A DNA stretch of 24,562 bases from Myxococcales bacterium. GTDB lineage: Bacteria > Myxococcota > Myxococcia > Myxococcales > Anaeromyxobacteraceae. The position numbers and the translations under genes were made by a program. The stretch is from NCBI GenBank assembly GCA_038320275.1, contig JBBQEB010000046.1, positions 1 to 24,562 on the forward strand, read 5' to 3'. Positions 1 to 7,411 of the stretch are shown in pieces. Under the pieces are notes generated by a model that was not told where the DNA came from, did not search any database, and was given only the letters and a program-made list of their open reading frames with translations. Numbering within the stretch: position 1 is the stretch's first letter; the number at the start of each line of letters is the position of its first letter.

Positions 1-965
1 TTCACCCCCTTGAAGGCCGCGAAGCCGAGGGCGATCTCCTCCGGCGAGAGGCCGAGGCGCGTCGCCGCCGCCGCGATCGCGAGCGCGTTCTCCACGTTGT
101 GCGCGCCGCCCACGCCGAGGTGCGCCTTCGCGAGGGGCCGCCCGCGCCGGACGAGGTCGAAGTGCGCGCCGTCGGGCCGCAGCTCGAGCCCGCGCGCCTC
201 CCAGTCCGCGCTGGCTCCGACGGCGTAGGTCTCCACCTCGCAGCGCGCCCGGCGCGCGATCCGGAGCACGCTCTCGTAGGAGGCGCAGGCGGCCAGGAAG
301 CCGTCGGCGGGGAGGATCTCCACGAACTTCTCGAAGGCGCTCTCGTAGTGCGCCTCGTCGCGATAGATGTCGGCGTGGTCCAGCTCGCAGGAGCTGAAGA
401 TGGCGGTGCGCGGGTGGTAATGGAGGAACTTGGGGCCCTTGTCGAAGTAGGCGGTGTCGTACTCGTCGCCCTCGACCACGAAGTGCGGCCCCTTGCCGAG
501 CCGGTAGTTCGACTCGAAGTCGCGCGTGACCCCGCCCACCAGGAACGACGGATCGCGGCCGGCATGGAACAGCAGGAACCCCATCATGGCGGTGGTGGTG
601 GTCTTGCCGTGCGTGCCCACCACCACGACGCCGTGGCGCGGGGCGATGAAGAGGTCGCCCAGGGCCTGCGGGAAGGACACGTGCGGCAGCCCGCGCTCCC
701 GCATGGCGCTCGCCTCGGGGTTCACCGAGCGCACGACGTTGCCCACCACCACGAGGTCGGGCCGGGCGCGGTCGAGGTTCGCCGCTGCGTACGGGGTCAT
801 CACGTCGATGCCCCAGCGCGCGAGCTGGGTGGACATGGGCGGATAGACGTTCTCGTCCGAGCCGGTGACCTCGTAGCCGGCGCTCTTCAGCATGCCGGCG
901 AAGGAGCCCATCCCCGTGCCCGCGACGCCGATGAGGTGGATCCGCTTCACGCCCGTGTAGTCCAT
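1..965 (-). CDS. mpl: Murein peptide ligase (UDP-MurNAc:L-Ala-gamma-D-Glu-mDAP ligase), 3' part outside window
   Basis: Not in the ORF track; translated by hand from ATG at 965: MDYTGVKRIHLIGVAGTGMGSFAGMLK..., P-loop GTHGKTTT, and Mpl-type EGDEYDTAYFDKGPKFLHY. GAGG precedes the start. MurC is the less likely alternative given the motif and ldcA context. Confidence 0.88.
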   Translation of the reverse strand, partial: MDYTGVKRIHLIGVAGTGMGSFAGMLKSAGYEVTGSDENVYPPMSTQLARWGIDVMTPYAAANLDRARPDLVVVGNVVRSVNPEASAMRERGLPHVSFPQALGDLFIAPRHGVVVVGTHGKTTTTAMMGFLLFHAGRDPSFLVGGVTRDFESNYRLGKGPHFVVEGDEYDTAYFDKGPKFLHYHPRTAIFSSCELDHADIYRDEAHYESAFEKFVEILPADGFLAACASYESVLRIARRARCEVETYAVGASADWEARGLELRPDGAHFDLVRRGRPLAKAHLGVGGAHNVENALAIAAAATRLGLSPEEIALGFAAFKGV

Positions 966-973
966 GGCCGCCT

Positions 974-2146
974 CTATATCCCCAGGGCCTCCGCGACGGC
1001 ATCGTGGAAGGCGGCGCGGATCGCGCGCAGCCGCGGACGATCGGGGCCGTCCGGGTGCACGTGGTTGGTGAGGAGCGCGCAGACCACCTCGCGATCCAGG
1101 TCCATCCACAGCGAAGTCCCGGTGAAGCCGAGGTGGCCGACCGCGCCGCGCGGGCCGCGGCCGAGGCGGGTGCCGAGCGCAGAGCCGGAGGGCGACGGCG
1201 TGTCCCAGCCCAGCGCGCGCTCGCTGCCCGGGGTGGGGTCGCGAGCGACGAACTCCGCGGCCACCGCCCGCGACAGGAAGGGCGACCGCCCGGCGAGAGC
1301 GCCGAGCCAGGCCTGCCCGAGCGCGGCGACCTGTTCCGCCGGGCCGAAGAGCCCCGCGTGGCCCGCCACGCCGCCCATGGCCCAGGCGTTGTCGTCGTCC
1401 ACCGCGCCGCAGAGCACCTCGCCGCCGCGCGCCGGATCGCGCCGGGTGGCCGCGAACGTGGCCGCGGCGCGGCGGGCGGCCGACCGCGCCGGCTGCAGGC
1501 CGGGCAGGAAGAAGGTGCGAGAGAGCCCGAGAGGCTCCAGCACCTCCGAGGCCACCAGCGCGTCGAGGTCCGCGCCGCCGGCGCGCTCGAGCAGGAGCCC
1601 CAGGGCCATGAAGCCGAGGTCGCTGTAGCGCGCCGAGCTCCCCGGTGCGCTCTCCAACTCCTCCGCGGCGATGCCGGCCTCGACCAGCTCCGCGCCGCGG
1701 CGGAACGCGGGGATGAGCGCATCCGCCGCCGGGCGAAGGGACCGCGGAGCGAACGCGGGCCTCGCAACGGGGTCCCCCGCGGCCGCCTCGAAGAAGGGCC
1801 GGTACGCAGGGAGCCCGCTCGCGTGGGCCAGGAGCTGGCGCACGGTCACCCTTCCCTTCGCGCCGCTCCACCCCAGCCATCCGGCGACGGGCGCATCGAG
1901 CGCCAGCGCGTCCCGGTCCACCAGCCGCGCCGCCGCCGTGGCGACGAACACCTTGGTGAGCGAAGCCAGGTCGAAGAGGTCCGCGCTCCCGAGCGGCCTG
2001 CGCTCCGGCTCGCGCTGCGCGTCGCCGTGGCAGGACGCGTGGACGGGCGCTCCGCGGAACAGCACCGCCGCCGAGAGCCCGGGCGCAGCGCCCTGCGCGA
2101 GTCCCCTCTCCAGCACCGCGGCGACCCCCGGCAGCTCCGCGCTCAC
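974..2146 (-). CDS. Beta-lactamase/AmpC-fold serine hydrolase (390 aa), no signal peptide
   Basis: C-terminal part of ORF 974..3175. Motifs FDLASLTK (SxxK), RYSDLGF (YxN-equivalent) and GHLGFTGT (motif III). GTG start at 2146 overlaps the ldcA stop (GTGA). Confidence 0.88.
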   Translation of the reverse strand: MSAELPGVAAVLERGLAQGAAPGLSAAVLFRGAPVHASCHGDAQREPERRPLGSADLFDLASLTKVFVATAAARLVDRDALALDAPVAGWLGWSGAKGRVTVRQLLAHASGLPAYRPFFEAAAGDPVARPAFAPRSLRPAADALIPAFRRGAELVEAGIAAEELESAPGSSARYSDLGFMALGLLLERAGGADLDALVASEVLEPLGLSRTFFLPGLQPARSAARRAAATFAATRRDPARGGEVLCGAVDDDNAWAMGGVAGHAGLFGPAEQVAALGQAWLGALAGRSPFLSRAVAAEFVARDPTPGSERALGWDTPSPSGSALGTRLGRGPRGAVGHLGFTGTSLWMDLDREVVCALLTNHVHPDGPDRPRLRAIRAAFHDAVAEALGI

Positions 2147-3099
2147 GACCTCCCGGCTCCGCGCTCGCCCCTTCCGAACACGAGCCGTGGGGGCCCGTCC
2201 TCGGGCCGCTCCGGCGCGACGACGCTCACCAGCGCGCCGAGCGGGAGCGCAAAGTTGTCGTCGTCGTGGCCGGATGGGACGCCCTCGATGGCGGGCACGC
2301 CGAGGCCGCGCACGAGCTCCCGCACCACGTCGGCACCGCGCAGGCCGGGCTCGTCGCAGTCGGTGAGGCGCCCCACGCAGACCGCGCGCACGCGCTGGAG
2401 CGCGCCCGCCGAACGGAGCTGGGTGAGGTAGCGGTCGAGCTTGTACGGCCGCTCCCCCACGTCCTCGAAGAAGAGCACGGCTCCCGCGAGGGAGGGCATC
2501 GCCGGCGTCCCACACAGCGAGGCGAGCATGGTGAGCGAGCCGCCCAGCAGCGTCCCCACCGCCCGGCCCGCGCGGATGACGCCGGTGCCGGAGCAGCCGG
2601 CCCCCGGTGAAGGCGCGCCGCCAACCCCCGGGAGGGCGCCCGCCCCGAACAGCAGCGCGCCGAGGTGGACGCGGGCAGCCGGCGAGAGCCGCGCGAGCTG
2701 GTACACCATGGGGCCATGCACGGTGACGAGGCCAGCGCGGTTCAGCACCGCGTGAATCGCGGTCGCGTCGGAGTACCCCACCACCCACTTGGCCGGGTGG
2801 AGGAGCCGCGCCGGCTCGAGTTGCGAGAGGAGCCGGGTGGCCCCGTAGCCGCCGCGCGCCAGGAACACTGCCCGGGCCTCCAGATCCGACGCCGCTCCCT
2901 TCCATTCCGAGAGCCTGCGGGCGTCGCTTCCGGCGAGGTAGCCCTCGCGCGCAGTCACGTCGTCGCGCATGCGGACGCGCAGGCCGAAGCCGTCGCGGAG
3001 CACCGCGACGCCGCTCTCGAGCGCCTCCGGCTCGATGGGGCTCGAGGGCGCCACGACGTGGACGACGTCGCCGGGGCACAGCGGGGGCGGTCGGATCAC
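2143..3099 (-). CDS. ldcA: LD-carboxypeptidase, peptidase S66 family
   Basis: VVAPSS, ARGGYGA, GYSDATA (catalytic Ser), FFEDVGE (Glu) and SGH (His) motifs of the S66 family. Confidence 0.92.
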   Translation of the reverse strand: MIRPPPLCPGDVVHVVAPSSPIEPEALESGVAVLRDGFGLRVRMRDDVTAREGYLAGSDARRLSEWKGAASDLEARAVFLARGGYGATRLLSQLEPARLLHPAKWVVGYSDATAIHAVLNRAGLVTVHGPMVYQLARLSPAARVHLGALLFGAGALPGVGGAPSPGAGCSGTGVIRAGRAVGTLLGGSLTMLASLCGTPAMPSLAGAVLFFEDVGERPYKLDRYLTQLRSAGALQRVRAVCVGRLTDCDEPGLRGADVVRELVRGLGVPAIEGVPSGHDDDNFALPLGALVSVVAPERPEDGPPRLVFGRGERGAGRS

Positions 3100-3135
3100 G
3101 GGCGGGCCACCATACCCCGTCCCCGTCTCGGGCGC

Positions 3136-3163
3136 TTGACCGCGGACAACTCGTGGCTATGTC
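3136..3163 (+). promoter_or_regulatory. Possible sigma70-type promoter for acs
   Basis: TTGACC (3136-3141), 16 nt, TATGTC (3158-3163) in the ldcA/acs divergent gap. SD AAGGAG at 3174-3179 precedes ATG 3186. Confidence 0.35.
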
Positions 3164-3185
3164 TCCGCGCTCCAAGGAGCCTCGA

Positions 3186-5084
3186 ATGCCCGAGCCGTCC
3201 AGCGCCCTCGAAGGCGAAGTCTTCTATCCCTCCCCCGAGGTGATCGCGAACGCGCGCGTGAAGGACTGGGACGCCTTCGCGCGCAAGGCCGCCGCGGACC
3301 TGGAGGGCTTCTGGGGCGCCGAGGCCCGGGAGCTGGAGTGGTTCCGCCCCTGGGACGAGGTCCTCGACAGCACGAAGAAGCCGTTCTACCGCTGGTTCCC
3401 CGGCGGACAGACCAACATCGTCCAGAACTGCCTCGACCGGCACCAGAAGACCTGGCGCAAGAACAAGCTCGCGCTGGTGTGGGTGGGCGAGCGGGGAGAC
3501 GTCCGCACCTACTCGTATTTCGCCCTCAACCGCGACGTCTCGAAGTTCGCCAACGTGCTGAAGGCGATGGGCGTCCGCAGGGGAGATCGGGTCACCATCT
3601 ACATGCCGCGCGTCCCCGAGATCGTCATCGCCATGCTGGCGACGGCCAAGATCGGCGCGGTGCACAACGTCGTCTACGGCGGCTTCAGCGTGGACGCGCT
3701 GCAGGGCCGCATCCAGGACTCGGAGTCGCGCGTGGTGGTGACCGCCGACGGCGGCTTCATGAACGGCAAGGTCGTGGAGCTGAAGAAGATCGTCGACGAC
3801 GCCGTGCGGCATTGCCCCACGGTGGAGACGACCATCGTGGTGCAGCGCACCGGCCACGAGGTGAAGCTCGAGGCGGGCCGGGACTACTGGTATCACGAGC
3901 TCATGAAGCTCCCCCTGGCCACCGGGAGCTGTCCGACCGAGGTGATGGAGAGCAGCGACCCTCTGTACGTGCTCTACACCTCCGGCACCACCGGCAGCCC
4001 GAAGGGGATCGTGCACGCGCACGGCGGCTACATGGTGGGCGTCTACTCCACGTTGAAGTACGTCTTCGACATCCAGGACGAGGACCGGTACTGGTGCGCC
4101 GCCGATCCGGGCTGGGTGACCGGCCATTCATACATCGTCTACGGCCCGCTCCTCTGCGGAGCGACGACGTTCATGTACGAGGGGGCGCCCACCTACCCCT
4201 ATCCCAACCGCTGGTGGTCGCTCGTCGAGAAGTACGGGATCACCATCCTCTACACCGCTCCCACCGCGGTGCGCGGCCTCATGCGCTTCGGCGAGAGCTG
4301 GCCCAACCGCCACGATCTCTCCACGCTCCGGCTCCTCGGGTCGGTGGGCGAGCCCATCAACCCCGAGGCCTGGAAGTGGTACCACCGCGTCGTCGGCAAG
4401 GGCCGCTGTCCCATCATGGACACGTGGTGGCAGACCGAGACGGGCATGTTCATGATCACGCCCACGCCCAGCGTCCCGCTGAAGCCCGGCTCGGGCACCC
4501 GGCCCTTCTTCGGGCAGGAGGTGGAGATCCTCGACGATGCGGGCAATCCTGTGCCGGACGGAGAGGAGGGCTTGCTCGTCCTCAAGAACCCCTGGCCGGC
4601 CATGATGACGACCATCTTCAAGGACCCCGACCGCTACGTGAAGGGCTACTGGACGAAGTATCCCGGCAAGTACCAGGCCGGCGACTCGGCCAAGCGGGAC
4701 AAGGACGGGTACATCTGGGTCATTGGCCGGGTGGACGACGTCATCAAGGTGGCCGGATACCGGCTCGGAACCGCCGAGGTGGAGAGCGCGCTCGTGTCCC
4801 ACCCGGCGATCGCCGAGGCAGCCGTGATCGGCCTGCCGCACGAGGTGAAGGGCAACGCCATCCATTGCTACTGCCTGCTCCGCCAGGGCTTCAAGGCGTC
4901 GGAGGATCTGGCCGACGAGGTGAAGGCGCACGTGGCCCAGCACCTCGGACCCATCGTCCGGCCGGAGAAGGTGGTGTTCGTCGACTCGCTCCCGAAGACC
5001 CGCTCGGGCAAGATCATGCGGCGCGTGCTGAAGGCCCGCGCCCAGGGCCTCCCCGAAGGCGACCTGTCCACCCTGGAGGATTAG
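3186..5084 (+). CDS. acs: Acetyl-CoA synthetase (acetate-CoA ligase)
   Basis: YTSGTTGSPKG AMP-binding motif, WCAADPGWVTGHSY, SVGEPINPEAW, DTWWQTETG and PKTRSGKIMRR (acetylatable Lys). Start moved to ATG 3186 after AAGGAG. Confidence 0.96.
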   Translation: MPEPSSALEGEVFYPSPEVIANARVKDWDAFARKAAADLEGFWGAEARELEWFRPWDEVLDSTKKPFYRWFPGGQTNIVQNCLDRHQKTWRKNKLALVWVGERGDVRTYSYFALNRDVSKFANVLKAMGVRRGDRVTIYMPRVPEIVIAMLATAKIGAVHNVVYGGFSVDALQGRIQDSESRVVVTADGGFMNGKVVELKKIVDDAVRHCPTVETTIVVQRTGHEVKLEAGRDYWYHELMKLPLATGSCPTEVMESSDPLYVLYTSGTTGSPKGIVHAHGGYMVGVYSTLKYVFDIQDEDRYWCAADPGWVTGHSYIVYGPLLCGATTFMYEGAPTYPYPNRWWSLVEKYGITILYTAPTAVRGLMRFGESWPNRHDLSTLRLLGSVGEPINPEAWKWYHRVVGKGRCPIMDTWWQTETGMFMITPTPSVPLKPGSGTRPFFGQEVEILDDAGNPVPDGEEGLLVLKNPWPAMMTTIFKDPDRYVKGYWTKYPGKYQAGDSAKRDKDGYIWVIGRVDDVIKVAGYRLGTAEVESALVSHPAIAEAAVIGLPHEVKGNAIHCYCLLRQGFKASEDLADEVKAHVAQHLGPIVRPEKVVFVDSLPKTRSGKIMRRVLKARAQGLPEGDLSTLED

Positions 5085-5096
5085 CGCCGCGCGGGA

Positions 5097-5166
5097 CGAG
5101 CCCTGGTGGCGCCGCCACCGGGTTCGCCCGGGAGCCCGGAGAATGCGTTGCGCCGGGCGTTCCCGG
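5097..5166 (+). terminator. Two tandem GC-rich stem-loops after acs (terminator or mRNA-stabilising element)
   Basis: CGAGCCCTGGTGGC-GCC-GCCACCGGGTTCG (5097-5126) and CCGGGAGCCCGG...CCGGGCGTTCCCGG (5128-5166). No U-tract. Confidence 0.4.
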
Positions 5167-5245
5167 ACCCCAAGATTGGCCCTTGACAGGTGGTCCGCGA
5201 GGATCGCCGCGCCGGCTCCCGCCCAGCGCTCTCCGAAAGGACTTC

Positions 5246-5914
5246 ATGAACAAGCTCATCGCAGCCTTCGCCGTGCTCTCCATCGCCGGAGGAGCTCTCG
5301 CGCAGGCGCCAAAGACCGAGGACGAGAAGACCCTCTACGCCATCGGCGTGGTGGTCGCGAAGCAGCTCGAGGTGTTCAACCTCCAGCCGGCGGAGCTGGA
5401 GCAGGTGAAGCACGGGCTCAACGACGCAGCCGGCGGCAAGAAGCTCTCGATCGAGCCGGAGGCCTACCAGGCGAAGATCAACACCCTCGCGCAGTCGCGC
5501 ATGAAGGTCACCGCCGAGAAGCAGAAGTCCGGCTCGAAGGACTTCCTGGAGAAGGCGGCCAAGGAGAAGGGCGCGCAGAAGACCGCGTCGGGCCTCATCT
5601 TCGTCCCCATCACGGAGGGCAAGGGCGCCCAGCCCAAGGAGACCGACACCGTCAAGGTGCACTACACCGGCACCCTCGTGGACGGGAAGGTCTTCGACTC
5701 GTCCGTGAAGCGCGGGCAGCCTGCCGAGTTCCCCCTGAACCAGGTCATCAAGTGCTGGACCGAGGGCGTGCAGAAGCTGAAGGTCGGCGGCAAAGCGAAG
5801 CTCATCTGCCCGTCGGCGATCGCCTACGGCGACGAGGGGCGCCCGCCGACCATTCCCGGCGGAGCCACACTGGTCTTCGAGGTGGAGCTCCTCGACATCT
5901 CCGCCAAGAAGTGA
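5246..5914 (+). CDS. FKBP-type peptidyl-prolyl cis-trans isomerase (FkpA/Mip-like, exported)
   Basis: Signal peptide MNKLIAAFAVLSIAGGALA, FKBP_N region, VKVHYTGTLVDGKVFDSS, VIKCWTEG and IPGGATLVFEVELL. SD AAAGGA before ATG 5246. Confidence 0.95.
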   Translation: MNKLIAAFAVLSIAGGALAQAPKTEDEKTLYAIGVVVAKQLEVFNLQPAELEQVKHGLNDAAGGKKLSIEPEAYQAKINTLAQSRMKVTAEKQKSGSKDFLEKAAKEKGAQKTASGLIFVPITEGKGAQPKETDTVKVHYTGTLVDGKVFDSSVKRGQPAEFPLNQVIKCWTEGVQKLKVGGKAKLICPSAIAYGDEGRPPTIPGGATLVFEVELLDISAKK

Positions 5915-5939
5915 TTCCAGCGGGGCTACCGCGCACCGC

Positions 5940-6725
5940 ATGCGTATCCCTCGACTCGCGCTCGCCGGCGCCGCCCTTCTCGCGGCGGTTCCGGCGGGCG
6001 CCATCGACCGCTTCGAGATCCAGGTGTACGAGCCGGAGCTCAACGAGCCCGGCCATGCCGGAGTCGAGCTCCACTCGAACTACACCGTGCGCGGATCCCG
6101 GACGCCCGCCTTCCCGGGCGAGAGTCCGCCCGATCGGGCGGCGCGCTTCACCCTGGAGCCCGCCTACGGCGTGACCTCCTGGCTCGAGCTCGGCGCATAC
6201 CTCCAGTCGGTTGTGACGCCGTCGGAGGGGGCCCGCTTCGCGGGCGGGAAGGTGAGGGCGAAGCTGGTAGCGCCGCGCTTCGCGGGCGAGAACTTCTTCG
6301 TGGGGGTGAACGTGGAGGTGGGGCGCGTCCCGTCGTTCGTGGACGAGGCGGGCTGGGCCAACGAGATCCGGCCCCTCCTCGGCTGGGCCGACGACCGCTT
6401 CCTCTTCGATCTGAATCCCATCGTCGGCTACGCCCTCACCGGCAAGGACCGCTTCCGGGTGGACTTCGAGCCGGCCGCCAAGGTCTCGGTGAACAGCGGG
6501 CTCGGCTTCGCGGTGGGCGCGGAGTGGTATGCCGAGCTCGGCTTCGTCGATGCCATCCGCCCGCTCCGCGATCAGGCCCACTACCTCTTCGGCGTGCTCG
6601 ACCTCGCGCCCGCCAAGGGCCGCCCCACCTCGCGCTGGGAGGTGAACCTCGCCCTCGGGGGAGGGTTCGGGGGCGGGGCGGATCAGCAGTTCATCGCAAA
6701 GACCATCGTCGGGCGAAGCTTCTGA
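5940..6725 (+). CDS. Exported hypothetical protein, probable outer-membrane beta-barrel
   Basis: Signal peptide ending in PAGA, alternating aromatic/hydrophobic strands (AYGVTSWLELGAYL, FFVGVNVEVG, WEVNLALG) and C-terminal Phe. Confidence 0.7.
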   Translation: MRIPRLALAGAALLAAVPAGAIDRFEIQVYEPELNEPGHAGVELHSNYTVRGSRTPAFPGESPPDRAARFTLEPAYGVTSWLELGAYLQSVVTPSEGARFAGGKVRAKLVAPRFAGENFFVGVNVEVGRVPSFVDEAGWANEIRPLLGWADDRFLFDLNPIVGYALTGKDRFRVDFEPAAKVSVNSGLGFAVGAEWYAELGFVDAIRPLRDQAHYLFGVLDLAPAKGRPTSRWEVNLALGGGFGGGADQQFIAKTIVGRSF

Positions 6726-6735
6726 AAGGATTGCC

Positions 6736-7383
6736 ATGGTGGACGAGCGCATCGTGCTGTGGGGCGAGAGCCGGTTCGAGAGCCCCTACGTCTTCTCCGT
6801 GTTCGTCGCGCTCACCGAGAAAGGATTGCCTTTCGAGGTGAGGACGATGTCCTTGCAGGCCGGGGAGCACCGCACCGGCGACTACGCCTCGCGCTCGGTG
6901 ACCGGACGCGTCCCGGCCCTGCAGCACGGGGAGCTCTGGCTGGCGGAGTCGTCGGCCATCGACGAGTACCTGGAGGACGCTTTCCCGCCTCCGCTCCACC
7001 CGCGCCTCTACCCGGAGGCCATCGTGCCTCGGGCGCGAGCGCGAGCGGTGCAGGCCTGGCTCCGCAGCGACCTCCTGCCCATCCGGGAGGAGCGCCCGAC
7101 CTCCAGCGTGTTCAACCACGCTGGAACGCAGCCGCTCTCCGACAAGGGGAAGGCGGCCGCCGAACGCCTGGTCGCTGGTTGCGAGACGCTGCTTCCGCCC
7201 GGCGCATCGGCGTTGTTCGGCCCCTTCTGCATCGCCGACGCAGACCTCGCGCTCATGCTGCAGCGCCTCCTCGCGAACGGCGACCCTGTCCCAGAGCGGC
7301 TGGCGAGCTACGCGCGGGCGGTGTGGGAGCGCCCGTCCGTGCGCGCCTGGCTCGAGCGGGTCGCGAAGGCCCGGAACACCTGA
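6736..7383 (+). CDS. yfcF: Glutathione S-transferase, YfcF-like
   Basis: FESPYVFSVFVALTEKG, TGRVPAL, LAESSAIDEYLE, QAWLRSDLLPIREERPT and FCIADADLALML. SD AAAGGA. Confidence 0.9.
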   Translation: MVDERIVLWGESRFESPYVFSVFVALTEKGLPFEVRTMSLQAGEHRTGDYASRSVTGRVPALQHGELWLAESSAIDEYLEDAFPPPLHPRLYPEAIVPRARARAVQAWLRSDLLPIREERPTSSVFNHAGTQPLSDKGKAAAERLVAGCETLLPPGASALFGPFCIADADLALMLQRLLANGDPVPERLASYARAVWERPSVRAWLERVAKARNT

Positions 7384-7411
7384 TCGGCGCGCAGCCCTGA
7401 CCAGCCCCGCC

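Noticed and set aside
974..2146. Antibiotic-resistance beta-lactamase
   Set aside because: No signal peptide, HLG rather than KTG, and embedded in a cell-wall recycling operon.
974..3175. 733-aa ORF as a single fusion protein
   Set aside because: The N-terminal part is Arg/Pro/Gly-rich out-of-frame sequence over ldcA. The real gene starts at GTG 2146. The same artefact affects 3338..5914, 17658..20195 and 21996..24461.
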